DNA of 63,795 bases, counting the filler, from Octopus bimaculoides (taxonomy: Eukaryota): the NCBI RefSeq assembly GCF_001194135.2. It is 7 parts of 6 records of this genome, joined end to end, with 100 filler letters (N's around TTAATTAATTAA, not from the genome) between each part and the next. Parts side by side here need not be neighbours in the genome. Positions count along the whole stretch, not along the records: positions 1 to 19,150 come from NC_068983.1; positions 19,251 to 21,593 come from NC_068998.1; positions 21,694 to 24,193 come from NC_068983.1; 4 more parts are not named here. The stretch is one strand, 5' to 3'. Below the pieces are notes generated by a model, which was given only the letters and a program-made list of their open reading frames with translations, was not told the DNA's origin and made no database searches. Below are positions 11,644 through 23,987 of the stretch, in pieces (positions within the stretch are counted from its first letter, which is position 1; the number at the start of each line of letters is the position of its first letter). Both the position numbers and the translations under genes were made by a program.

Positions 11644-12373
11644 NNNNNNNNNNNNNNNNNNNNNNNNNNNNNNNNNNNNNNNNNNNNNNNNNNNNNNNNN
11701 NNNNNNNNNNNNNNNNNNNNNNNNNNNNNNNNNNNNNNNNNNNNNNNNNNNNNNNNNNNNNNNNNNNNNNNNNNNNNNNNNNNNNNNNNNNNNNNNNNNN
11801 NNNNNNNNNNNNNNNNNNNNNNNNNNNNNNNNNNNNNNNNNNNNNNNNNNNNNNNNNNNNNNNNNNNNNNCATATATATATATATATATAGTTTTAGGGA
11901 AAATAACCAAGTTTCAAGAACTCATCTATAAAAATCCACTATCACATATAGAAAAATTAATAATTAAAAGCACAATAAATGAGTATAATATAAAGTAAAG
12001 TGAATATTATATATATATATATACATATATATCAGGAGCAAAAGTGCTGGAGAATCAGTATACACCACGTAGCAAAAGTATGACGTGAAAATGTGTAAAA
12101 CATATAAAAAAGAGAAGAGAAATGTCTTCATTTCATATAGTTTTAATATCTTTTTATAAAAAGAATATGTGTGTACATATTTTATGGGTAGTAAAAGTTT
12201 CATAAAATGTAGTGATATCCAACCGGTTGTTGCTATTTAAATTAGCTTTTCAAGGGACATTGTGAAGTAATCATTCTAGGAAAGAAAAGAATCGCGCCAT
12301 TTTGGATTTCTTGAAAAGTAAGAATGAATAGAGAGAGTGGATAAAGCGAGGCAATAGGTGGCAAGGGGGACAA

Positions 12374-13126
12374 CTAACTCCTCAGTATTATCGAATAGTG
12401 ATAAATAAATTTGATTTTGATACAGGAGTGTGTAGGGATCAGGTTGTCAAGTTTTATATTCTGGTGTGGTCTGTACTTTTGTATGAAAAGGTTTTCCATG
12501 TTTAGGTGTTCTTGTAAGGAGATTAAATTTTTGCATTGGTATAATGGAAAAATATGGAAATTCGGTATTTTATTTCTTGTGCATCTGTCAATATGTTCGC
12601 TCAGAACTATCTGCCTGTATGGAGGAAAACGAATCTGTTCTTTATGCAGCGTAACTCTGCGTCTCAAAGCAAGGCTCGTTTGTCCCACATAATTGTGGCC
12701 ACAACCTGAGTAGGTTAGGACATAAATTAGGTTCTGGGAGGCACATGTGAAGTTATTCTTAATTGAAAATTTCTCTCCTTGCTGGAATGTGAATTCCGAG
12801 CCATCAGTTAGGTATGGGGGTGTATCACAATTAGGTCGTCTGCAATTTCTAACTGTTGATATTGTATGTGCTGAATACAATTTTGCATTTGTTAGGAGTC
12901 TCTTAAATGATTTCTGTTGTCTTTTGCATTTGAGGAGTTTATGTATATTCAGAATGTTGTTCATTTTCGGGTCTTGAGTGAGCAAAGGGAGATTTTGTAC
13001 AATTATGTAGTATGCTTCATTGTTTTGGGGGCTGGAGGTTGATATGTATGTGAGTGATTTAAAGTGAGGTATGGTGCTTTGTTTTCTTGTCCTTAGTGTC
13101 CAATTGTTTGGCACGTTTAATTCCAT
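12374..13126 (-). pseudogene. Penelope GIY-YIG endonuclease region
   Basis: FTCASQNLIYVLTYSGCGHNYVGQTSLALRRRVTLHKEQI...ENLFIQKYRP. Confidence 0.9.
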
Positions 13127-13392
13127 GGTCTATAAGTGCGGGTGGGTATTGACGTTCAATGAGTGTTATTTTGAGGTCTTGTAGGCGAAGTTCCCAAGTA
13201 GTTGTATCAGATACAATTGTATAGATCCTCTTTGCGAGATTGAATGGGATATTTATTTTGGTGTGTTTCGGATGGCATGAGCTGAAAAGGAGATACTGTT
13301 TTCAGTCTGTTGGTTTGTAGTAGATATCGGTTGCAATTTGTTTGTTGAATATTTTTATTATCAAAATGTCCAGAAATGGGAGCTCTTCATTA

Positions 13393-14300
13393 CTATATTC
13401 CATTGTAAATTGAATATTGGAGTTTATATTGTTCAGTGTAGATTTGAAATCCAGGTTTCATTCCAAATGATAGGTACCTTTTCCAGTTTTCTCTTATATA
13501 CTGGTGGAATGGGGGTCCAAATTTTTGGAGCGAAAATTCATATTGGGCAGATTCAAAGAAACCCATTATTAGGTTCGCAACGACAGGCGCTGCTTTTGTT
13601 CCCATCGCAATACCGCATTTTTGGCGGTTGTATGTTTCATCTAATAGGAATTAATTCTTTTGTAGGATGAACTTTAGAGATTCAATGACAAAAGTCTGGT
13701 TTATGCGGTCCGAGAGAACTTCGGGGTATTTTTATAGCCAGAATTTTATTGCCTCTATTCTGTAGCCATGTGGAATGTTGGTGTAGAGGTTGATGACATC
13801 GAAGGATACTAATAGTGCTTCTTCGTTGGTGGTTTTTGGTCGATGCTCTAGCATGCCCAGATCGTCTGTAATGAAATTTTTAATGTATCTGAAGAATGGT
13901 TTCGATAGTATGTCCAGAAAATTTTTTAGGTGGTGTGTTTCACAGGCTGGGCCCGCTATAATTGGCCTTAATTTTAAGTCTTCTGGTGTTGGGATATTTA
14001 TGTATAGACCTGGATTTGATTTACAGGCATTGGTAATTATTTGACTCTTGTGTATGTGGGGGAGGCCATAGAAAAGGCTTGGTTTGCATTTAAAGTTTGT
14101 GATATAATCTTTTTCTTTTTCTGTAAGGCCTTTTCCATGTTTGAATATTAAAGATTCAAGATCTTTTAATGTCTTTTGCTGCCTATAATTATCAACTTTT
14201 TCATAAAAGGAGTCATTTTCTAGAATGGACAATGCTAGGTTTTTATAATATCCTGTGTCCATCAAGACTACGGCACTACCTTTGTCTGCTTCTTTGATTG
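13393..14300 (-). pseudogene. Penelope reverse transcriptase region
   Basis: ORFs 13732-14265 and 13393-13605 carry PLE RT motifs, separated by stops and frameshifts. Confidence 0.9.
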
Positions 14301-14787
14301 TCAGGTCTTTGTCGTTTTTTAGTTGTAGTAGGTGCTTCCATTGTAAGTTGTTGAAGTTTAGTACAATTTTTGGTTTATAGAAAGTGAGGGAAATTCTGGA
14401 TACGGTTGCAGAAGTCGTCTAGTGTTTTATTCCTCCCTACATAGTTTATAGCTTTTGTACAATTTCTCGTTTCTCATTTCTCACAAATATGTTCCCCATT
14501 TGTTGGCTTCCTTGAAAAGAGAAAATAGTTTGCTTTATTTTAACTGTTTCTTGCTTTTCGTTTTGTTCATGTTTTCTCGCCATGTATATTAAATTCAATA
14601 AGTATATTTTCTTTCATTTCTGTCTACTCTGCTAATTGATTTAGTGTACTGCTGAGAATATTGTAAGTATAAATTATTTGTTGGTTTACAGCTATTACCT
14701 TGCTTTGGTTTTTATTTTATTGTTTTTTGTTGTTTTTTTCGCATTCACTTTCTTTTAAGTTATAATTGAACGTGTCATATAATATTG

Positions 14788-15005
14788 ATTTCAAATTTTG
14801 GCACAATTACAGCAATTTCTGGAGATTGAGGAGATCGGTTACTTCGGCCCCAGTGCTCAACTGATAAAATAACAGTTTAACAACCCTGAAAGATGAAAGG
14901 CAAAGTCTACCTCAGAGGAATTTGAACTTAGAACGTACAGATGGACGAAATGCCGTTAAGCATTTTGGTCGGTATGCTAACGATTCTGTCAAGCTCGTCA
15001 CCTCG
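14788..15005 (-). mobile_element. SINE family B (tRNA head + GTCGACTTTGCCTTTCATCC central domain)
   Basis: Reverse of the GAGCTGGCAGAATCGTTAGCA..GAGTTCAAATTCC..CTTTGCCTTTCATC..GTGCCAAAATTTGAAA pattern. Confidence 0.85.
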
Positions 15006-15257
15006 AATGTAGCTATAATATCATATTCCTAATATTTTGCTCTTTGTTTATTAATACTAAGGTATTTGCAATCCTGTGTTTGGTATAATCTACTATTCAA
15101 TATTTCTCAAGCATATAATTAAGTTACCCTTTAATAATAAGTTTCCTTTTAATTAGTTTCCTTTTAACATGTTGTTAAAAGGTGTTAACACCATGCAGAA
15201 AAAGAATCAGACAGAAATTCTCTCTTGAAATATCTCATGAAGTATTAAATGTGTTAA

Positions 15258-15535
15258 ATGGAGATACCTTGCTCACATATGTTTCCAGGATCGACTTCAT
15301 CTTTTGGTCAACATGTTTACCACCCCTTAGATTGGGATAGTCATATGATGAGGCATGACTTTTTGTCTCAAAACCTGAAATACAATGTCTGGCATATTTG
15401 GACCTATCTTTCTGTCAGTTTGAACAGCAAAGTTCCAAAAGATTGAGATATAGTCATTTTCAAGCAGTGGAGATAGTTTGTGTTCCCAACAGTTTTTGTC
15501 ATGGGGCAAGTCCAGGAGTTTTCAGATTACCCAGT
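15258..15535 (-). mobile_element. R4/Dong-like LINE fragment (restriction-like endonuclease region)
   Basis: HW..CWEHKLSPLLENDYISIFWNFAVQTDRKIGPNMPDIV. Confidence 0.75.
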
Positions 15536-15555
15536 GAATATTATTACTATTATTC

Positions 15556-18170
15556 ATATACACATAACAGATTAGACTGTTGGAAAAGAAATATTCCTAA
15601 CATCAGGCTACAGCAAATAACCTTAGATGCCAAAAAGCCTCTAAGTATCTTAGCTGTCCCTAATAACACTGTTTTCTGGAGTTGTACTACATTGGGTTTT
15701 ATGCCTATTTCCTCTATCCATCTGTTCAAATCTTTAGGGATAGTTCCTAACACACCTATAGCTACCAGGATACATTTTACCCGCACTTTCCATAATCTCT
15801 AATTCAATGGCTAGGTCCTGATGTTTTGCTATTTTTCTATACCTCTCATATTGATTTTTTCATCATTTGAGACTGTAAAGTCAATTATCTGACATTTTCT
15901 ATTCTGCTACTGCTAAATCAGGCCTAGCTTCTATTACTCTCTCAGTTTGAATGTTAAATTCCCACAATATCTTATATTTCTTACTTCCTAGTACTTTAAT
16001 ACGTTCATGTTCATACCATTTATCAATATGTTCAAATCCTAGCTTTCTAAATAAGTCCCAGTGGATTACTCTCCCTAGGATATCATGTCTTGTATTCTTC
16101 CTGTGTCAGCATGCTACATTCACTTATTATGTGAGTGACAATTTCCTCTTTTGATTTGCATAACCTACGCTGGAAATCCATTTGGTTTTTGTCAATCTTG
16201 GCTTTTATCCAGTTATTCCTTAATCATTGACCTTGTGATTCTACTAACAAACTTTCTGTCTCAATTTTCAGCAGCCATAACCATGTCTCACTACTACTAT
16301 TTACTGAAACTGTCTTTGGGAACCTACCATGTAAAGCCTTCTCCTGCCGATCAGATAACTTTTGTTCTTTTTTTTCTGGGTTTTTAAAGTCCGTTTTTTT
16401 TTGGGGGGGGGGGGGTCCCTATATCTTGCTGTAACTCTAGCAGCTCTTGATAAGCTTTCTTCACTATTACATACATAAGAGTCTATATTTACTCTAGCTA
16501 ACTCCACGCAATATTCTCCTGGTGTTAGCCCTCTTCCACTTTCCTTTCTAGATAAGTATAATCTTGTTACCCCTGCCCTTAGGTGGAGTCTTCCAGTCAT
16601 ATTGAATTCCTTCCTACTTCTTTTGTCTAGCTTTGCTAATTCAGTTTTTGTCCAATCTGCAAAAGCTGCAGAGTAAGGATATTGCCTTAGTATTTACAGC
16701 CTTCACTTGATTCGGACCATTTAGCTTTGCTTACATTAGCTTCTTTACCTTTTTGATGTGCTCCTTCTGAATTTTCGTTTTTATGTCTATAGTTAGTACT
16801 CTGTCAGATTCTAATACTCCTAGATACTTATAACTCCTTCTTTTAATGATTTAAATGTCTGGCCATCTGGTAACTGGTACCTTCACTGTTGACTACCTGT
16901 TCCTTTTTCATGACTAATATTGCACACTCATCTATGCCAAATTCCATACCTACATCTTTGTTGAAGAGTATTACAATTAGTTTTAAGGAATCTATCTCTT
17001 TCATTCTTACAAAAAAGTTTCAGATCATCCATGTAGAGTAAATGGTTAATTTTTCCATTACCATTTCTGAACTGGTACCCTGCCTTTTCCTTCCTTAATA
17101 CTAAACTGAGGAGAATCAAGCAAATGACAAATATTAAAGGGGATAATGAGTCTCTTTGGGAAATTCCTCTCCTGACATTAACCTTCACTAAGACTGTGTC
17201 ACCTGAGTAGAGATCTACTTTCCATTTCTTCATGATAAAGCTAATTAATTCTCCTATGTTGTCTGCGATACTGAATATACTCAACGTTCACTTATCCATG
17301 AGTGTGGGATCATGTCATATGCTTTTGCTAGATTTTTCTTTCTAGCTTTTACTTCATTTAGATCTGCTTTCTGCGTTCCTCTAGCCTTCTTCCTGCAACC
17401 ATGCTGTTCTTCTGGCAGTAAACTCTGGTTGTCAAGGCGTTCGTAAATGCTTCTTGAAAGCATTCCTGTAAACAGCTTCCACACTAATGATACGCAAGTG
17501 TTTGGTCTATAATTGCTATCTGTATTACCTTTGCTTTTATCTTTCATAAGGAGAATTATTCTCCCTCTAGTCGTCCGATTTGGTATTATTTCTGCATTAA
17601 GGCAACCCTGAAGTTGTACCCTCAGCCTTCTATGTAAACTACTAAACTTTTTTTTAGCCAGTACCCTTGAACTAAATCTGGTCCTGAGCCCTTTCATTAG
17701 TTTCTTCTAGATTCGGTGTCTCATTTTCAGTACTTTCTTCTCCCTTATTCATTTGGTTATAGGATCTCCTCTGATCAGTCTCAAATTATCTATTCTGTTG
17801 ATGCTAATCTATTATTTTCTGATATCTGGAAAGCTTACCTGCTACTGTTATAATACACTGTTTCAAGTCTTCTATCACTGTCTCAAATCTTTTCTCTTTG
17901 ACTACGTATCTTTTCTCAAGAGAAGAATTGAATCTTGTTTCCTAACTTGTTCAGTTTCCAGGTTTCTAATCTGCTCAGATCTTGTCTTAAAGTCTTCCCT
18001 TTATTTTGTAATTTCCTTTTCCACATTTGCTCTTTTCTACTCTTTCCTAGTGGAATATCTAATCCTCTAGTAAGTACTATCCACTCCTGCAAAGATCAAT
18101 AAGTTAGAATCTAATACATTTTTAATATCTCTCCTGCTGTTAACAGAATCTAGTTTCCTAATCATATCTA
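15556..18170 (-). mobile_element. R4/Dong-like non-LTR retrotransposon, 5'-truncated, decayed, flanked by (TAA)n
   Basis: NYRPNTC..WKLFT, AKAYDMIPHSW, RGISQRDSLSPL, NHLLYMDDLKLF, RLYLSRKESGRGL, C-terminal LQKTVLLGTAKILR; (ATT)n tracts on both sides. Confidence 0.9.
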
Positions 18171-18171
18171 G

Positions 18172-18247
<76 letters not shown>

Positions 18248-18310
18248 GTTGTTGTTGTTATTATTATTATCATCATCATCATCATCATCGTCATCATTAT
18301 CATTATTATT

Positions 18311-18352
<42 letters not shown>
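18172..18352. repeat. (ATT)n/(ATC)n/(GTT)n compound microsatellite
   Basis: Directly visible. Confidence 0.97.
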
Positions 18353-18830
18353 AAGGAAGCGAGCTAGTAGAATCGTTAGCACGCCAGGCGTAATGCTTAG
18401 CGACGTTTCGTCTATCGTTAAGTTCTGAGTTCAAATTCCACCATGGTCGACTTTGCCTTTCATCCTTTTGGGATCGATAAATTAAGTACCAGTGAAACAT
18501 TGGGGTCGATGTGATCGAGTAGTCCCCTCTCCCTCAAATTTCAAGCCTTGTGCCTATAGAAAAAAGGATTATTATTATTATTGTTGTTGTTGCTGTTTTT
18601 GTTGTTATGCTGAAGGGGGTGGGCTGGCAGATCGCGAGCGCGTCGGACAAAATGCCCTGTGGCATTTCATCCGTCCTTACTTTCTGCGCTCAAATTTCGC
18701 CGAGATCGACTTTGCCTTTCATCCTTTCGGGATCGATTAAATAAGTATCAGTTGAGTACTAGATATCAAAGTAATTGACTTACTCCATCACCCGGAATCA
18801 CAGGACTTGTGCCAAATTTTGAAGCCATTA
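18352..18830 (+). mobile_element. Two tandem family B SINEs (about 18352-18570 and 18612-18830)
   Basis: Each has a tRNA-like head and GTCGACTTTGCCTTTCATCCTTT core, different 3' tails, and ends in (ATT)n. Confidence 0.88.
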
Positions 18831-18852
18831 TTATTATTATTATTATTATTAT

Positions 18853-19150
18853 TCAGTAGTTTTATTTTTATAACGTGCTTTCACTTCACTACCGAGCGCA
18901 GCTCTGTGCGCCTTGGGTATGTGCTGTGGTTTGCTGTGGTGCTCTTATGTTTACTGTATTGAAAGTGTTTTGCGTAGGATGTGTGCAGTACCCAGTAGTG
19001 CAATTTTCTGTATGTTATATATATTTGTAAGTCCTGCTATTTTTGTTATGTATTTGTCTGAATATTTTTTTATTATACCTAAGGCACCTACTATGATAGG
19101 AATTGTTTCTGTTTTTAGATTCCACATTCGAGTTATCTCTATTTCCAGGT
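18853..19150 (-). mobile_element. 3' end of a young R4/Dong-like LINE
   Basis: LEIEITRMWNLKTETIPIIVGALGII..IQKIALLGTAHILRKTLSIQ*, then 3' UTR and (TAA)n; cut by an assembly gap. Confidence 0.9.
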
Positions 19151-19799
19151 NNNNNNNNNNNNNNNNNNNNNNNNNNNNNNNNNNNNNNNNNNNNTTAATT
19201 AATTAANNNNNNNNNNNNNNNNNNNNNNNNNNNNNNNNNNNNNNNNNNNNTATATACATATATATATATATATAGTGAAAATCGAGATGGCACTTGTACC
19301 AGTGTGGCACGTAAATAGCACCAGTGTGATCGTTACCAACGTATATATGTATATATGTATGTATATCTGAATGTAACTATGTATGTATGCATGCATGTAT
19401 ATATATATATGTGTGTGTGTGTGTGTGCATATGTACTTTAAAAAAATTCATTTCAATAAACTATAATCTTTATTATTGCATTTGCCATAAAAATATCTTA
19501 GAAACTTTTGCTGTAAGATTGTTTCGTATATAACATTAAAATAATCAACATTTGACAAGATAAATATGAAAGTATAGTGACAAAAGAAAGGGAAAATATA
19601 ACATAGATATTAAGTGATTTATTTTTCTATTTATGTTTTGATGCATAAATGTATTAATCTTTATAATATAGTTTTATTTTATTGTCTTTGATTTCATTTC
19701 ATAGGTAGGGTTACTTAAAACATAACACTTGAACATATGAATGTTGTGACAACAGACTGATATTAAAGATTATGTACCATTAATAACTAATAAAAATAT

Positions 19800-20003
19800 T
19801 GGTTTCAAATTTTGGCACAAGGTCAGCAATTTCAGTGGAGAGGTTAAGTCAATTACATCAAGCTCAATGCTCAACTGGTACTTATTTAATCAACCCCAAA
19901 AGGATGAAAACAAAACTTATCTTTGGCAGAATTTGAATTCAGAACATAGTGATGGATGAAATGGCACTAAGCATTTTCTCTGGTGTGGCAATGATTATGT
20001 CAG
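19800..20003 (-). mobile_element. SINE family B
   Basis: GGTTTCAAATTTTGGCAC tail, GGATGAAA core and CATTTTC..GATT head, all in reverse. Confidence 0.8.
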
Positions 20004-20972
20004 ATTGTCACCTTAATACCAAATGAAAATATTAAATAATGATTAAAACATGATAATATATTGTTGTACAGATATGATAATTCATGAAAGATTGTAATGT
20101 TGTAATTACATTGAGACTGAAACATATTTTCCAGCATGTTATAGCAAATTTCAGTTATGGAGAAGAAAAAGTCTCTTGAATATCTTCTAAATGACAGCAA
20201 AATTGTCAAAAACTAGTGGTCCTTGGGAATTATTTGATGTTAATGACTTAGTTTCCATTGCAGAATCTGCTGTAAAACCGAATTTTAAGTTTTAAGACTC
20301 AATGTATAGATTTCAGTCAAAAGATTAAAATTAGGAAAATCTTAATAAGGTAATTTGATATATAGGAATGTGTTTTGTATTGTATATACTGTGTACTGAA
20401 GATATTGCTGGGATGTTCCAATAGACTGATAGAAAGCCAAGACTTCAGATACACAGGAATCCACGTACTGCTGAGATTATGCACTCAACATAATGAATAG
20501 CTCATGTTGTATCTTTAATAGCATCTGCCAATGTATGTAAGAGATACGGTTGCTATTATACAGACATGCTGAAAATGTGTAATGAAGCTAAGTGAAATAG
20601 TGTTGTTGCTGACAATGATAGATACAACAGGGCTAAAGAAAAAAAACAATAAGGTAAAATCTCAAAATTACATCCCAGACTGAAATCAGAAATCATAGAC
20701 CCACCATAAATTCTTAGTGATAGTATAGGCAACATTAAAAAAATTATTATTATTAATGTCTACCTTAAATAAGAGTTTATAAAACTTCTTCAAATCACAT
20801 CCTTGTGTTGTCCTAGATGCACTTTGCTTGAAATAAGATGGCAGGTACAGCCTTAATCACAGAGCTGACCTGGGGTTAGACAAAACTAGCAATGTTCTTA
20901 TCAGTTCTATAATGTACAATAGCCCAGTTATACTTTTATTTTTTTAGAAAGTACACTAATTAAGTGCTAGAT

Positions 20973-21593
20973 CAGGGATGGGGAACCTTTTTGTGCATGA
21001 AGGCCACCCTACAATTCACCATCTCTCGTAGAGACTGCATTGAACAAATTATTTGTCTTTTTTTAGTTATTTTATCACCTAAGTAATTTATTAGAAATCT
21101 AATAAAAGAAAGACAAGTGTGTAGAAATTGAAAGCATAACTTTTCAAATATTTTATTTAAGCAAGTAAGTACTTTAATACAAGTAGGTACCGAACATTGA
21201 GAATATAACATTTTCAAATATTTAATTAAGGCAAGAAGGTACTTTTTATATCAATTAATGACTTCTTTCAATTTGCTTTTTTTTGAGAAAGCATTTTGAT
21301 ATCAGGCTGTAACATAGTGGTTCTTAGTTTCAATTGGTCCTCCAAATGCTCATCTGTCAATTGCGTTCTCAGTGAATTCTTGATTTGTGTCAAGTAGGAG
21401 AATGTGGATTCACAACAGTATGTCAAAAGAAAAGCAGGAAATTAGTCGGTGTGCATGTTCACGAAGACAAGGATATTCTACTGCATTTTCCCAAATTTCG
21501 ATGGGATTTTCTCTCTTGTCAAACAGAGATTTCAGGATATCATTATCAGTCATTTCAATAAGCTCCGTTTATAATTCTTCGGGTGCCTCTGAT
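20973..21593 (-). mobile_element. hAT-Charlie DNA transposon 3' portion (transposase C-terminal dimerisation region)
   Basis: TIR CAGGGATGGGGAACC at 20973 preceded by TGCTAGAT (nTCTAGAn-like target); translation ELIEMTDNDILKSLF..WENAVEYPCLREHA..TYCCESTFSYLTQIKNSLRTQLTDEHLEDQLKLRTT. Confidence 0.88.
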
Positions 21594-21693
21594 NNNNNNN
21601 NNNNNNNNNNNNNNNNNNNNNNNNNNNNNNNNNNNNNTTAATTAATTAANNNNNNNNNNNNNNNNNNNNNNNNNNNNNNNNNNNNNNNNNNNN

Positions 21694-22731
21694 TGCTGGT
21701 TTACCCCCGCTGTGTCATGGTGGTTCCGTACCCCTTTAAGCAACATCAATTTCACTCATCCGTCCTCAAACACTCTCCAAGCTTTTCTATCGTTTATAAA
21801 TTCTCTTGCTTTTATCACTCCAACACCTCTAACCACTAAGACTTTCCTCACTCCATCCATCCATCCACACAAACCGAGGTTTGCCTCTGGTTCTGCTGCC
21901 TACCACTTCTACCTCCATCATCCTCCTTACCATCCGCTCCTCCTCCATTCTCTCTATGTGGCCAAACCACCTTAACATTCGTCTATCCAATTTAGTTGAT
22001 AGTTTTTCTCTCATTCCTGCTCGCCTTCGCACCTCCTCTTTCTTCATCCTCTCCATCCATGTCACACCAACTATAGCCCTCAAATATCTCATCTCAAACA
22101 CATCTAGTCGCCTCCTTTCTGCCTCACTGATCCCCCACGTCTCTGCACCATATAACATTGTCGGCACAATCACGCCCTCATATACACCTCTTTTCGCTTT
22201 CATACCCGACCTTTCATCTCTCAGCATACTTTTCACATCTCCAAATATCTTACTCCCGTTCCCCGCTCTATATCCCACTTCCTCAGCCAACCACCAACAG
22301 CTGTCATATGTGATCCCAGATGCTTAAAAAGCAATCACCTCCTCTAACATCTCACCATTTATACTCGCATCCTTCCTACCAGCCATTCCATCTCTCGAAC
22401 ATCTCATCAACTTACTCCTTGCTACATTCACTTTAAGTTCCCTCCTCTCACACACACTCTTCCAAACTCTACCACCAGTTTCTTCAGTTGCTCTTCCGAT
22501 TCCGCCACCAGTGCTGTATCATCAGCAAACAACAACCGACTCACCTACCATTTCTCTCCGTTTTCTCCCACTATTTGCGCTCCACTACCAAAGGTTCTAG
22601 CATTTACCTCTCTCATCACACCATCCATATATAGATTAAACAACCACATAGACATCACACAACCCTGTCTTAACCCCACCTTCATATAAAACCACTCACT
22701 TACTTCACCACCCACCCTAATGCACGCCCTA
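21694..22731 (-). mobile_element. RTE-clade LINE fragment (RT C-terminal half)
   Basis: VGLRQGCVMSMWLFNLYMDGV, LLFADDTALVAESEEQL, VPTMLYGAETW, MLRWFGHIERM, RGKPR; one stop and a few frameshifts. Confidence 0.93.
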
Positions 22732-22802
22732 TAAAATAAAAGAAGGAAAATGTTCACACTTTACATAGTTTTAATATATTTTTTGATATATTTTATAGTG
22801 TT

Positions 22803-22835
22803 TGTCGACCGGTTTCGCTTTCGCTAATCATGACA
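22803..22835 (-). ncRNA. Minimal type I hammerhead ribozyme with an A3-U8 core variant
   Basis: Minus strand UGUC AUGAUUA GC-GAAA-GC GAAA CCGG UC GACA: 4-bp stem I, GNRA-capped stem II, palindromic stem III (ACCGGU), GUC triplet. Confidence 0.75.
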
Positions 22836-23328
22836 TTGAAATTGTTGTAANNNNNNNNNNNNNNNNNNNNNNNNNNNNNNNNNNNNNNNNNNNNNNNNNN
22901 NNNNNNNNNNNNNNNNNNNNNNNNNNNNNNNNNNNNNNNNNNNNNNNNNNNNNNNNNNNNNNNNNNNNNNNNNNNNNNNNNNNNNNNNNNNNNNNNNNNN
23001 NNNNNNNNNNNNNNNNNNNNNNNNNNNNNNNNNNNNNNNNNNNNNNNNNNNNNNNNNNNNNNNNNNNNNNNNNNNNNNNNNNNNNNNNNNNNNNNNNNNN
23101 NNNNNNNNNNNNNNNNNNNNNNNNNNNNNNNNNNNNNNNNNNNNNNNNNNNNNNNNNNNNNNNNNNNNNNNNNNNNNNNNNNNNNNNNNNNNNNNNNNNN
23201 NNNNNNNNNNNNNNNNNNNNNNNNNNNNNNNNNNNNNNNNNNNNNNNNNNNNNNNNNNNNNNNNNNNNNNNNNNNNNNNNNNNNNNNNNNNNNNNNNNNN
23301 NNNNNNNCGCTTTCGAGAACACATCAGA

Positions 23329-23860
23329 AGCATAATGCTACGTATGCCAGGCCAACTTGTCGCCACCGACTTCAACACTGTGAATCATTCTATTGCAGAT
23401 TTATCAGTGTGTGGCAAAGGCTTGCACCACGGCCCCCACTTTTTTGGGAAACGAATGGAACAACGACTCATATTTGAACTTGGCACTATGTCCCCAACAA
23501 GTATGAATAAACGTTTTTCTTTTCATCCTTTCACCTCCTCTTAATTCTTTTTTACCCTTTTTAATCCTCCTTCCACCCTCTCTCTGCAACATTCCCGTTT
23601 TTACTTACCTCTACTGTCTCCATCACCCTTTTCTTTCTCTTTTCTGCACGCACGCCCTCTCCTACAACTTCTGTTTCACGTTAGCAGCCCCTTTTATTCC
23701 GCGTCCATTATCAGTTGCAGCAAGTTTTTCAAGCTGAGAGAATGTTTGACGTTTTTCTCTTCTTCACTTTTTCTCTGCTCCTCTGACGAAGGATTAAATC
23801 CGAAACGTTGGATATTCCACTCCTCACAGCAAGTTCACTGCACACCTTTCACTTTTTTCT
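23329..23860 (+). mobile_element. Penelope-like element 3' end (GIY-YIG C-terminus, UTR, hammerhead motif)
   Basis: RFREHIRSI..VATDFNTVNHSIADLSVCG..RMEQRLIFELGTMSPTSMNKRFSF*, then CTGACGAAGGATTAAATCCGAAACGTTGG. Confidence 0.85.
23778..23813 (+). ncRNA. Hammerhead motif, canonical core, weak stem I
   Basis: CUGACGA (23783-23789) A GGA-UUAAA-UCC GAAA C GUU GGA; stem I pairs only 2-3 bp. Confidence 0.55.
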
Positions 23861-23908
23861 ATATTTTTTCAAGTCTTGCCGACGCAGAGCTACAACATTA
23901 TGGCGTTA

Positions 23909-23942
<34 letters not shown>

Positions 23943-23987
23943 CATTATTATTATTATTATCATTATTATTATTATTATTATTATTGT

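Larger units (their letters stand above)
11891..14760 (-). mobile_element. Penelope-like retroelement (RT + GIY-YIG), 5'-truncated and frameshifted
   Basis: KEADKGSAVVLMD, LFYGLPHIHK, LRPIIAGP, LVSFDVINLYTNIP, MGTKAAPVVANL, then a GIY-YIG domain; 3' end abuts (TA)n at 11872-11890. Confidence 0.93.

Noticed and set aside
11900-11940. Hammerhead-like UAGAUGAG..GAAAC..GUU at the 3' end of the large Penelope element
   Set aside because: Two core mismatches without covariation and no stem I pairing.
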